In this document: in pieces, positions 13,268-24,935 of the stretch
Position numbering within the stretch: position 1 is the stretch's first letter
Layout of the letters: every line of letters starts with the position of its first letter
Origin: Raja brachyura
Lineage: Eukaryota
Assembly (NCBI GenBank): GCA_963514005.1
Contig: OY740796.1
Span: 43,152,001-43,216,000 of the forward strand
Length of the DNA: 64,000 nt
Direction: 5' to 3'
Program-made: the position numbers and the translations under genes
Notes under the pieces: model-generated
Told to the model about the DNA's origin: nothing
The model's input: only the letters and a program-made list of their open reading frames with translations
Databases searched by the model: none

Positions 13268-13530
13268 TAGAGTCATAGAGTGATACTGTGTGGAAACAGG
13301 CCCTTTGGCCCAACTTGCCCTCACCGCCCAACATGTCCCATCTGTACTTCTCCCACCTGTCTGTGTTTGGTCTATATCCCTCCAAATCTGCCCTATCCAT
13401 GTAGCTGTCCAAATTGGGATAGTCCCAGCCTCAACTACCTCCTCTGGCACCCACCAACCTTTGCATGAAAAAGTTACCCCTCAGGTTCCCATTAAATCTT
13501 TTCCCCTTCACCTTAAAATGATGTTTCCTA
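13268..13530 (-). mobile_element. CR1 3' fragment (tail type shared with the SINE)
   Basis: AGTCATAGAG..TGGAAACAGGCCCTTTGGCCC..CTCAGGTTCCCATTAAATCTTTTCCCC. Confidence 0.75.
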
Positions 13531-14417
13531 TTTCCAATTACCTCAGATTTTCCATTGAAATTTGATGGCAGAACACACAGTACACAAACTGTGCTGGAAA
13601 AAGTTTGTTTTATTTCGAGAGGTTCTTCCTCTTAGCTATTTATCCTTCTCCTTGAAAATGCTGTATTTGGAGCATCAACATCTCCACCATAGGCAGGTGA
13701 AAAGGACTCATTTGATACCCGGTTTCTTCGAGAAGATCTTTTTGGCCTGCAACAGGATCCACTCTTCTGCTGATTATCCTAATGCTATTAATGTGCATTG
13801 GAACATTTTCTCTCAACCTATCCTGTAGGAATGTTCCGACTTTGATTTGACTCCAGAACGTAGCATCACCTTTAAATATCAAATGTCACCTTTTAAAATT
13901 TGTACTAGACACGGCTTCATATCAGACAGATCTGAACGATTTATGTGCTGTGAGAAGCAATGTAATCTGCTCTGTACATCACAGCTGGGCTGCGCACATA
14001 CACACACACAACACTCAGAAATAGCTCAGTTACAGTTCTATAATATGAACATCATGATGCTTGACATGCTGAGCATTTTCTGCTGTTATTTCCTGGTGCC
14101 TTCAGAGTTGACCACAGTCAATTTTGTCTGATTCAGATTTGATTTCTTGTGCAAGACTGGAGCTCAGCCTAATGTCTGGCTTCATCATTTGTCACTCCAG
14201 TGCTCATTGTAATGTTATGGGTGTTCACTCGTTTCAAATACAGCATCTGACACATACTTGGACATAGTACTGGTCATGATTGTTACCGCGACTGAATATT
14301 TACACCTGTTGGAAGTGTCCAGAGTAGGCAAAAACCAAGAGTACTTTATTATCATATGTCCCGAAACAGAACAATGACATTCTTACTTTCAGCAGCCCAA
14401 TAGGTATGTAAACACTC

Positions 14418-14698
14418 AGCGGCACAGTGGTCAAGTTGCTGCCTTACAGCGCCAGAAACCCAGGTTCAATCCAGACTACAGCCGCTGTCTATACGTTCTC
14501 CCCGTGACCACGTGGGTTTTCCCCAGGTGCTCTGGTTTCCTCCCACACTCCAAAGATGTACAGGTTTGTAGGTTAATTGACTTCTGTAAATTGTCCCTAG
14601 TGCATAGGATAGTGCTAGTGTACCTGGTGATCGCTGGTCAGCGCGGACTCAGTGGGCCGAAGGGCCTGTTTCCACGCTGTATCTCTAAAGTCTAAAGT
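14418..14698 (+). mobile_element. HE1-like V-SINE inserted in a Rex1-type tail
   Basis: tRNA-like head (GGCACAGTGG, GGTTCAATCC), V-domain CGTGGGTTTTCCCCAGGTGCTCTGGTTTCCTCCCAC, LINE-like tail GGGCCGAAGGGCCTGTTTCC. Confidence 0.88.
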
Positions 14699-15529
14699 AA
14701 ATACCATAATAAACAACAAAAAGTTCAATAAGTTAAAAAACAAAACATAATGCAAAATCAAACACAAAGCCCAAGGTCCCTACTGTAATCAAGGCAGTTC
14801 GTGCTTCGGAGTTCAGTTGCAGTTCAAAGCGTTCAATAGCCTGACGGTCAATCAGCATGGAGTCAATCAGCTTGCAACATCAGTTGTTTCCAATTGTACT
14901 TCCAACCTACACTTAACTATGCCCAGCCAAACACGTGTCCTTTGATGAGAACAATCAACCCTCCTGTTCAATTTAAGGGGATTATTAATTACTTTTAATC
15001 AGTTGCTAATTGGTATGTTGTCTATATTTGGGGGTGGCTTAGTGCTTTTCAGAGCTCTTTAAAGTTGTAAACAGTGGTTATGAAAACTGCTGTAGGAATT
15101 TGGTGACAAAATTGGGCTATAATACACTTATTGGTTCATTTATCATGTTTTGGTTCATTTTAATTGCAGTGTGGACCAGCTAATATATAATTTGGACAGG
15201 GTTTTGAGTGCATTTTTTGTTTAACCCAAAATATGTGGTGTGTGTCTGGAATACACTGGTGTTGTGAAAGCAGAATTGGTGATAGCATTTAAGAAGTGAC
15301 CAGACGAACTATTAATAACTGAGGCATAGAAGGCAACAAGCCAATTACTGGAAAATGGGATTAATATGGATGGGCGCCTGCTGGTCATGGTAAACTGAGT
15401 GGAACAAATGGCCTGTTTCCATTTGTAATACTCCATGACTCAATTTGCCAGCCAGAACATGGATTACTGCAATAGTGCGGAGCTTTTTGCCCACCATTCT
15501 AAGGCCACACCAATAATTCACTATTTTAA

Positions 15530-15815
15530 TTTTAAGTTTTAGGGATACAGCGTGGAAACAGGCCCTTTGGCTCACTGAGTCCGCGCTGACCAGCGATCCC
15601 CCCGTACACTAGCACTATCCTACGCACACACACACTAGGGACACTACAGATACTGAAGCCAATTAACCTACAAACGTGTTCGTCTTTGGAGTGTGAGAGG
15701 AAAACGGAGCACCCGGAGGTCGCGGGGAGAACGTACAAACTCCGCACCCGTAGTCGGGACTGAACCCGGGTCTCCGGCACTGTAAGGCAGCAAATCTGCC
15801 GCTGTGCCATTGTGT
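15530..15815 (-). mobile_element. HE1-like V-SINE
   Basis: Reverse complement of the same consensus. Confidence 0.85.
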
Positions 15816-16026
15816 TGTCCTATTTTCTTTGAGGGATCTTTCCCATCACAAAACTACTTGTGGGACTAAGAACAGCTGAGGCATCTATTGCATAATTTGG
15901 GTTGCATGACATATAAATGTTTGCTTTTGTTACATTGGGAAATCACAACAAGTTGAACAGTTTAATTTCTCTTGATTTGGATTGGGATGAAGAGTAAAAC
16001 TACCTGAAGATGGAAACTGTATGTAT

Positions 16027-16455
16027 GATACGATAGAACTTTATTTATCCCAGGAGGGAAATTGATCTGCCAACAGTCATAAAAGCACAACATTCATGAA
16101 ACATGAAATTAAAGTAACGAGTGGAAAGGATTGGGGAGTGGGAGGGTGTGGGGGTTGGGTAGGGTGGGGTGGGGGGAGGGATGGAGTTGGTCTACCCCAT
16201 GACAGACGTGGGAGGAATTGTACAGTTTGATAGCCACAGGAAAGAAACATCTCCTGTGCTGCATCTTGGTGGAACCTGTCTGTTGCAGAATGTACTCCTC
16301 AGGTTGACTAGTGTTTCACAGAGGGGGTGAGCTATATTGTCCAAGATGCTCCGCAGTTTGAGGAGCATCCGCCCCTCCAAGCCCACCTGCCATGAATCCA
16401 GCTCCGCCCCCAGAGTCAGAGACAGCCTTCCTGATGAGTTTGTTAATCCTAACCC
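16027..16455 (-). mobile_element. Rex1/Babar- or L2-type LINE 3' fragment
   Basis: Minus ORF 16192-16470 (LRSILDNIAHPL...VPPRCST) resembles the RT C-terminus of this group; AATAAA-containing tail. Confidence 0.6.
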
Positions 16456-17257
16456 GTGTGCATACAGCATTAGGGGAAGATCTGACTGTTTTTGAGCAGC
16501 AAAGTAAAAGGAAATGCACTCCGTTGAGTCTATATTTCATGATTTCAAGCTTCTTGTCCATGGCAGCACTCGGAAGTGACCACCCCCTTTACCTGTAGCC
16601 TCCGTAATTGAGATCAACCTTTAAGTTGACATTGCCAGTGGTAGATTTCATTGTCTACGATGATTACTACGTGTCCTTGCAATTGGCACTGCAACATCTG
16701 GGCTCATTGCAAATAAAGTTACCCACTGGTGGATCCTTTAGCTTGAGGAACATTTAGCAGCAGTACTCATGCAGAAATAGTACAGAGAAGTTCACAGCAC
16801 ACAAGAGGGAAACTCAACTGCACAGCATGCAAGACACTTGACTGCCACAGCAGAATTCAATAAAATTAATTTAATAACGATAATACTTCCATTTTATATA
16901 AGCTTGTTGAGCTGCCTCAGTGCATCTCACATAATGGCCTACTTTTGCGATGCAGGGGAAACTTTTTTTTAACGCATTAACGTTTTAATCAATTTTGCAA
17001 TGTTTTTTGCGCTCGACATTTTATTGCATTTCCATGACTTAATCTGCTCTTCCTCCATGCGTATGATGCACTTTATAATTTTTAAGGGACAAGACAATTT
17101 GTTTTCTGCAATTGCTGGTCCCATTTTCAGAGGGGCAACTATACAGGGTTTCAATTATTTCCTCAATATAAGGTAGAACAGATGACTGTTGTCATTACCT
17201 TATGATAAAACATTTTAATGTCTAATGGGCCGTTAATCTAACTTTAATCTGATGCTA

Positions 17258-17406
17258 GACGCAAAATGTTGGAGTAACTCAGCGGGACAGGCAGCATCTC
17301 TGGCGAGAAGGAATGGGTGACGTTTCGAGATGCTGCGTGTCCCGCTGAGTTACCCCAGCATTTTGTGTCTATCTTCGATTTAAACCAGCATCTGCAGTTC
17401 TTATCC
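17258..17406. mobile_element. Palindromic Penelope-derived short element with deleted centre
   Basis: GGAGTAACTCAGCGGGACAGGCAGCATCTC / GAGATGCTGCGTGTCCCGCTGAGTTACCCC. Confidence 0.8.
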
Positions 17407-18046
17407 TGATTCTGTCTATTGTGTGTCGTGAGCTGACGAACCTTGCTGTTGGAGCACTGAAGTGTTCCTGTTATGAACATGGTGCGAGGAGGTTTAAATT
17501 CACCCCGACAATTACAGTTCAAAAAACGACGCATGTATTTTGGTAAAAAGCTGCTTGATTGGCACTATGAGATTCTCAGAAATCGGTAGATCGGCTCGCG
17601 GATGTGAATGCAAACATGGAAATATCGATGGGGGGGAGCGCAAAGTTCTCCTATAGTGCTGAAACGTTGCACAAATGTGACATCTATATACACAAGACAT
17701 GATACTTACAAACCTCTCAAAAGAAAAATAACCTACCAGATTATTTACATCAGCGAGTAATAGAAAAGTGAAATGCTTATGTTCCAGGTCTCTGGATCCC
17801 ACAGCTGTCAGTCAGTTTGCAGAGAGATCAGTTGGTAAATGTATATGTAAAATGTGTATTTCTTAATTCATTTTTATTCCAATGCTTTGTTAAACAAATT
17901 AACTATTCTCATTTCCCCCTAAGTGTATTAGACAGTGATAGTTTTCACCCATCATTTTGGTGTTGGATACATTATTATTTACTTTCAGAAAATAAATGTC
18001 TATGGAAAAATGTTTGATATCCAGTTATTTTTTAGTTTAAAATAGG

Positions 18047-18592
18047 ACAGCATAGTGGTGCAGTGGTAGAGCTGCTGCCTAATGCCCCTGTCCCACTTAG
18101 GAAACCTGAACGGAAACCTCTGGAGACTTTGCGCCCCAACCAAGGTTTCCATGGGGTTCCCGGAGGTTTTTTAAATTTTTTGAAATAATTGCCGGAACAT
18201 AGAAGAAGCGGAAACCACTTTCAACCATTAGGGAGACTGACAAAAACCTCCGGGAACCTCCGGGAACTGCATGGAAACCTTGGGTGGGGCTCAAAGTCTC
18301 CAGATGTTTCCGTTCAGGTTTCCTAAGTGAGACAGGGGCATTACAGCACCAGGGGCCCAGGTTCAATCCTGACTACAGGTGCACTTTCTCCCTGTGACAT
18401 GCATGGGTTTTCTCTGGGTGGTTCTGTTTCCTCCCAGACTCCAACGACATGCAAATTTGTTGGCTAATTGGCCTGGGTAAAATTGTAAATTATCTCTAGT
18501 GGGTAGGATAGTGTTAGTGTATGGGGTGACCGCTAGTCAGCGCACACTTGGTGGGCCGAAGAGCCTCTTTCTGCACTGTATCGACAAAGTCT
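18047..18592 (+). mobile_element. HE1-like V-SINE split by a Harbinger MITE
   Basis: Head at 18047-18080; body resumes at 18341. Confidence 0.8.
18083..18340. mobile_element. PIF/Harbinger-type palindromic MITE inserted in a V-SINE
   Basis: Long TIRs TGCCCCTGTCCCACTTAGGAAACCTGAACGGAAAC..., flanked by TAA and TTA; interrupts the SINE head GCTGCC|TTACAGC. Confidence 0.85.
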
Positions 18593-19344
18593 AAATCCAT
18601 CCAGGTTCAAAATAGTATTGTGGATGTTGAATATATAGAAATCCCAATGCTTTTGAATCGGGTCAATAAGTTTAATGTGCAGGGTCACTTCAATTTGACT
18701 TTTCTAAATAGAATATCTACCTTGCTATGAAATGATGTTCCCCTTTTCAGTGCAGAATCTTAATACTTCTAAAATGTATGCTTCGGTCTGTTCACTAAAG
18801 GCCTCTATATGTCTAGTTTCAGTTTTCCAAGCTACCTCAGAATAGTGTCTGCAGGTAATGTTGGTTGGAAGTGGACAATAGCATAGGAGGTCCAGCGTAC
18901 AAGATTTGCAATGGCAGCTAAACCTTGCTCCGGACATAGAAATGACCAGGTAGTCCATAAATAAACTGGTCCATCAAGCCTGCCCTGCGTTTTGATGGTT
19001 GGAGCAGTGTGACTAAACACTTCATTTTGTCCTGTCAGCACCACCTCATCCTCCACAGCCGTGAAAACGCCTTTGAGCAATGAGAAAAGGAAAAACCCAG
19101 GGCCAATAAAGAAAGTCTAGAAAATCTCGTTAGGAACCAAAACCAAGCCGTGGGAATTGTATATTTCATAAAGCTAGCTAATCTTGAATCCTTCTGACGT
19201 TGTAATGCAAGCATTAGCTAAAGTAAGAAGATCTAAATAAATAATCAAAGTAAAGAAATGTTATCACGTAATGTAATGTTTTTATACTACCTGATGGAAT
19301 TTATTTTTTTTAAATTGAAGGCTAAATTCAGTTGGATACTTTTG

Positions 19345-20570
19345 ATTGGATTAGTTTATTGTCATATACATCAAAGTGTTATGAAATTCCTTGTTCATAT
19401 GAAGCTCCCAGTAAACAGTATAGATACAGTAATGTTAAATATAACAATAAATAAAGTGAATGTAAAACAGCAGAATGATGCAAGATTGTAATGCAAGTTT
19501 TTTTTTACAATAGAATAACCCAATGAGGTAGAATTACAAGTAAACAAAGATGGCAGCACCTCTAGGAAAGGGATGTGAAAGTGGTGATTGGGTTGGAAGT
19601 CTGTTAGCAATGGGGATGAAGCATGGATGTCCAAGCTTAAGTCTGGACATCCAGGCCTTCAAGCTCCTGTATCTTTTCCCAGAAAGCGGAAGAAAGAAGA
19701 GGGTATGGCCAACGTGCCAGCTATCCTTGGTAATAATTCCATCCTACCAGATGCAGCGCATGGTGAAGATAGACTGGATGGAAGGAAGTAATAAGCTTAC
19801 GATGGACTGGACCTTGTTCACCACCCTCCGCAGCTTCAGGCAATCAAGAGCAAGGTAGTTGTCATACCAGGCAGAGATGCATCCCGTCAGAATACTATCT
19901 ATAGCGCATCTGTACAAGTTCAGGAGAATCCCCATGGACATGCCAAATCTTCGTAGATGCCTAATGCCCCTGTCCCACTTAGGAAACCTGAACGGAAACC
20001 TCTGGAGACTCTGCATCCCACCCAAGATTTACGTGCAGATCCGTGCGGTTCCCGGAGGTTTTTGTCAGTCTCTTAGCGATTTTTAAAACGGCAACCTATT
20101 TTTAGTCGCGGCCGGTTTTGAATTTTTTGAAATAATCGCTGGAACATAGAAGAAGCGGAAACCACTTTCGACCATTAGCGAGACTGACAAAAACCTCTGG
20201 GAACCGCACGGAAACCTTGAGTGGGGCGCAAAGTCTCCAGAGGTTTCCGTTCAGGTTTCCTAAGTGGGACAGGGGCATAAGAATGTAAATACACTAAAGT
20301 GCTTTCTTGATCAGTGCATCAGTGTGAAGGGACCAGATTAGGTTGCTGGTGATATGGATACCAAGATATTTTAAGCTATTGTCCATCTGTACAGCAGTTC
20401 TGTTGATAAGGGCAGTTTGTGTTCAATCCTTTGCTTCTATAGGTCAACAACCAACCTTTTCCTCTTTCTGATGTTGAGGGTAATGTTGTTGTGTTAACAT
20501 CATGGCACAAGGTTCTCAATCCCTTTCCAGTACATCGTCTTGTTATTGATCCAACCGACAACAATGATAT
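19345..20570 (-). mobile_element. Decayed Rex1/Babar-type LINE fragment split by a MITE
   Basis: Minus translation LLNLYRCAIDSILTGCISAWY...LRRVVNKVQSIV..LPSIQSIF is typical of the Rex1/Babar RT C-terminus. Confidence 0.75.
19965..20277. mobile_element. PIF/Harbinger-type palindromic MITE (second copy) inserted in a Rex1/Babar fragment
   Basis: Same TIRs as 18083-18340, with a perfect TAA TSD on both sides. Confidence 0.88.
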
Positions 20571-21920
20571 CACCTTGAGTCTAGATCTTCTGTTTATACG
20601 GCAGACATAGGAAAGCAGGTGGCTTGGCATGTGCAATAACAAGCATGCTAATTTTCATGATACTCCCTTGAAAATCTACCACTCATTTGAGGTCATTCAC
20701 AGCGTGGACCCTACCCAAAGACCAGGTTTTGACCAAATGATTTAGACCTGTTTTTATGCTAACCAAATAGCTGTCATTTCATTGACTGTCTCCAGGAAAC
20801 TTGAACTATTTGAGTTGTCCAACTTAGGTTTCCTAGTTATTCATCTCCCTAACTACCTCCCTGCCCCGGTTTTAATGCCCCTACCGCTTATCCGTGAGAG
20901 TCTCCCAGTAATCCCATCTGCCAACCTCCCCTACCCTCAGCATGGTCCCAGTTTCCACTTGGCCTGAAGAAGGGTCTTGACGTGAAACATCACCCATTCC
21001 TTCTCTGCAGTTCCTTCCTAACCAGTTCCTACTTCCTGTTTTCTGCAACTGACAGGAGATTGTAGAAGAATGGCCATATGTATCAATTTATTCAGGTAAG
21101 GCTATTCCACGGTGCAAAATACTCTCTTGATTCAAAGTTAATGAAAATATAGATCTGTACACTCTTTCCAACGCAGACGGATTGGAGAGATGAATTTAGA
21201 GCACCTTCCAATTGTTACTCTCATCCAATCTCCTTAAACTATATTTACTGCTCAAAGGGGCACGTTTTTTCGGCATCAATTGCCCACCTTCAAAATTAAA
21301 CATTATGAAGAGAATGAAAATTAATTATTTTGATGGCAATCAATGTTTACTTTTTCAATTTTATGTGTAAAGGCCAGCACATTTTGTAAAACACGGGTGA
21401 AGCTCGGTCAAAAAACAAGTGGAAAATAAGTCATTAAGAATTGAAGTTGAATCAAAGAGAGCCTCAAGATTTATTGGCCAAGCATCATTTGATCTTTTTT
21501 TTAAATACAATGCAGAACCTTGAATTTAAAAGTTTTAATCAGTCAACTATTTGGATGTTTCAAAATCCATAGGGGATCTCTGATAAAACCAGATGAGGCA
21601 TGCCATATGATTAATCTTAACCGATTTGTCTAGAGAATTTGTATAATCTCTCTGTTACAGCATCCAGTCTTTTTGAAATTTGTTTCAAGATTGCTGAATC
21701 ACAGCTTCACTCAGTCAATTTGACGTATTATTTGCTCCTTATGTGAAGACAACCTCATTGACATCTAGTCACTAGTTTGGATCTGGGTACATTCTTCCCC
21801 TTCTCGCATCCACAAGCTTGTAAACTCTAGATAAGGAAAATTACTCGATTAACAAATGTTTTTCGTACATAAATTGTACATAGTGTAGATTGTGCTAATG
21901 ATCATTTCTTGATAAAGTTA

Positions 21921-22195
21921 TAGTTTAGTTTAGTGCCGAAAAAGGCCCTTTGGCCCACCGAGTCCGCACCTACCAGCGATCCCTGCACACTAACGCTATC
22001 CTACACACACTAGGGACAATTTACATTTATACCAAGCCAATTAACCTACAAAACCTGTACATCTTTGGAGTGTGGAAGGAAACTGAAGATCTCGGAGAAA
22101 ACCCACGGTATACAGACAGCACCCGTAGTCAGGATCAAACTCTGGTCTCTGGCGTTATAAGGCAGTAGCTCTACCGCTATGCCACCATTCTGCCC
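21921..22195 (-). mobile_element. HE1-like V-SINE
   Basis: (AGTTT)n tail; GCCAATTAACCTACAAAACCTGTACATCTTTGGAGTGTGG. Confidence 0.85.
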
Positions 22196-22356
22196 TAAGT
22201 TACTCAGCGGGTCAGGCAGCATCTCTGGAGAAAAAGGATGGATGATGTTCCCTTCGTCTGACCTGAAGAGGGTTCCGCCCGAAACATCACCCATCCTTTT
22301 TCTCAGGAGATGCTGCCTGACCCGCTGAGTTACTCCAGCACTTTGTGTCTATCTTT
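22196..22356. mobile_element. Palindromic Penelope-derived element with plus-strand hammerhead-like core
   Basis: CTGAAGA-GGGTTCCGCCC-GAAACATC at 22263 between inverted arms. Confidence 0.75.
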
Positions 22357-23153
22357 TTGTATATGAAAGTGTCTGGGCCGTTCGATTAGAGGTATGACTT
22401 ATCCAGAAACGATCACTGGCACAATCTACCTTGGGTACAAAATGAATGATTCATGCACGAAAAATATTTGTTAATAGTTATTTCCTTATCAGAGTTTACA
22501 AGCTTGTAGACGCGAGAAATGAGGAAGAAGGCATACAGATCCAAATTAGTAACTCACAGTTTATGACTGATATCAATGAGGTTGTCTTCACATAGCAAGC
22601 AATTGATACATCAAATTGACTGAGTAATGCTGTGATTCTGAAATCTTGGAATAGTTTTCAAACTGACTGGATGTTGTAACGGAGAGATTATACGACTTCT
22701 CGAGACAAATCGGTTAAGATTAATCACGTAGCTTTCTTCATTTGCACCTTGCCAGTAGAAATGGAAGTTAGTCAGCAACCTACAACCTTGGTTGAAAACT
22801 CACAACCACGTGAAGCACAGTATAATTTAAAAAATACAAAGAATTAGACAAGGTGCTCAGCGGGCCAGAAGGCATCTCTGGAGCATATGGATAGGTAGCC
22901 TTTTGGGTGTTGGGTGAAATTTCAATAGATGTAATTTCAGACCGGACATAAAACTGCTTCCTGTAACAATTTCAGACACACGGCCAGGTTCCTATTAAAT
23001 TTTTCCCCTCCTCACCTTAAGTAGGTGTTGCCATTTTGCAAACACAAGACAAGTGGTTTCATCAGTGTGCGTGAATATCAGCAATCTTTCGATCGTCTCG
23101 ATCATGACATTTCTCCCAGATGCACACCAAGGGCCAGGCTTCTTATTCTAGAA

Positions 23154-23352
23154 TGTGCCGGAAAGAACTGCAGATGCTGGTTTAAACCGAAGATAGACAC
23201 AGAATGCTGGAGTAACTCAGCGGGACAGGCAGCATCTCTGGAGAGAAGGAATGGGTGACGTTTTGGGTCGAGACCGTTTTCGAAACGTCACCCATTCTTT
23301 CTCTCCAGAGATGCTGCCTGTTCCGCTGTGTTACTCCAGCATTTTGTACCTA
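23154..23352. mobile_element. Palindromic Penelope-derived short element
   Basis: ~70-bp inverted arms; flanks TTCTTATTCTAGAA (23140) / TTCTCTTTCTAGAA (23353). Confidence 0.82.
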
Positions 23353-23895
23353 TTCTCTTTCTAGAAGATTACTTTTGCCACCTGCTGCTGTGATCTTCGA
23401 ACAGCAGAGCACGTGTGTTTCCTGACCACCTCTCACCCATTCTTGCCCAGAATCTCCCTGTGGTTCGCTTTCTAGACGATTAAAATGTTAACACTCCCTG
23501 TCAAAAACTTAGTGCCATCTCCCTCTCCTTGGCAGCCTTCTCTCTCTCTTCCCTGGCAGCCGTAATGTGTGTTAGTGCTGTTTGGCTGCCACGGGGAGTG
23601 TTCCCTGAAGGTCTGGTGTGCATCAGGCAGTGTTCCATAGCAAAGCTGTGCTAAGTCGGACACACTCCTATCTGGAATTACACTGATCTTGTTTCAGCAT
23701 CAATAATTTTTGTAAATCGCCGTTGCACTGTGCCGAACATATTTATTTGCCCAATTCCACCAGCCTTTTTTGTGAGAGATCCAATTGGACACGTGTAACA
23801 CACCAAATAAAGGATGAATCCCGATTTTCAGGTTTGGTGGATCCGCATTGGCCCAGAGTTTGTGCTCAAAATACAGAACAGATAGTCCAGAAGTA

Positions 23896-24183
23896 CGGCA
23901 CGGTGCCGCAGCGGTAGAGTTGCTGCCTAACAGCACCAGAGACCTGGGTTCGATCCTGACTACGGGTGATGTCTGTACGGGTTTTGTACAATTTGCCCGT
24001 GACCGTGTGGGTTTTCCACGAGTGCTCTGGTTTCCTCCCACACTATGAAGGTGAGCCGGTTAAATGGCTTTGGTGAAGATTGTAAATTGTCCCTACTGTG
24101 CGGGATAATGCTGGTGTACGAGGGATCGCTGGTCGGCGTGGACTCGGTGGTCCAAAGAGCCTGCCTCCGTTAAACTAAACTAA
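23896..24183 (+). mobile_element. HE1-like V-SINE
   Basis: GGCACGGTG..GGTTCGATCC head, V-domain, TAAAC tail. Confidence 0.87.
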
Positions 24184-24429
24184 AAGTAATTGCGAACACA
24201 AAGATTAAACATAAAGAATGCTGGTGGAAGAATAGCAAATGCAAATAGATGACTGGACCTTTCTGACACTTAATTATGAGGATATGAGGATAGAGGCGTG
24301 AGGATAAAATATCAAAACCGAAGTAAACGTGCATAAGATGGAAGTTACAAAGATGTTTCTTCCATTTTTCATTTACACTTTAATAAAAAACGAAAATTAT
24401 TTATGCGTGTAACATTATAAATGTGTAAC

Positions 24430-24575
24430 GTCCAGGTTCAGGAACAGCTTCTTCCCTTCTTCCATTCGGCTATTAAACACTACAACCCTAAATAAGCTCT
24501 GAACTACAATAGACTATTTTAATTATTATTATTGCACTATTATTGTTAGTTTTTCGTGTGTATGTATGCGTGCAT

Positions 24576-24611
<36 letters not shown>

Positions 24612-24790
24612 TATATAAGTGTGTGTGTGATCTATATATGTGTGTATATACACACACTGAACTTTTGTTTTCCTCTCATTTCATATATTGTTTACAGTGA
24701 ACCGTGTATACATGGTCTGTTGTGCTGCTGCAAGTAAGAATTTCATTATTCTACCTGGGACATATGACAATAAAACACTCTTGACTTGAT
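24430..24790 (+). mobile_element. Rex1/Babar-type 3' fragment containing a TG/TA microsatellite
   Basis: AGGTTCAGGAACAGCTTCTTCCCT (RFRNSFFP..IRLLN); tail ACAATAAAACACTCTTGACTTGA. Confidence 0.7.
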
Positions 24791-24804
24791 TTCTGGCATT
24801 TAAT

Positions 24805-24935
24805 CTTCAGCTTCTTCTTCTTCTTGCGTATGGCGTGCACAGCCTGAAGTTGTAGGACAACTTGTTCTATTTGATTGTGCACGCCGGGTTGATTGCATTC
24901 GTCGAAACAGGGCGGACCACGTGAAGGTTGCAATC
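24805..24935 (-). mobile_element. Short non-autonomous retroposon with (GAA)n tail, possibly Ingi/Vingi-related
   Basis: Minus strand ends CCATACGCAAGAAGAAGAAGAAG; internal stems GGCGTGCACA/TGTGCACGCC and AAGTTGT/ACAACTT; HDV-like head. Family assignment is inferred. Confidence 0.5.
24891..24935 (-). ncRNA. HDV-like (CPEB3-type) ribozyme core lacking its 5' P1 strand
   Basis: Minus strand GATTGCA-ACC-TTCACGT-GGT-CCGCCCT-GT-TTCGA-CGAA-TGCAATC parses as P2-P3-L3-P3'-P1'-J1.1-short P4-J4/2-P2'. Confidence 0.65.

Larger units (their letters stand above)
21593..22741. repeat. Old foldback element: ~330-bp diverged inverted arms around nested SINE and Penelope-type insertions
   Basis: GATTAATCTTAACCGATTTGTC vs GACAAATCGGTTAAGATTAATC; TATGTGAAGACAACCTCATTGA vs TCAATGAGGTTGTCTTCACATA; ACAAGCTTGTAAACTCT vs AGAGTTTACAAGCTTGT, all in colinear inverted order. 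Confidence 0.85.
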
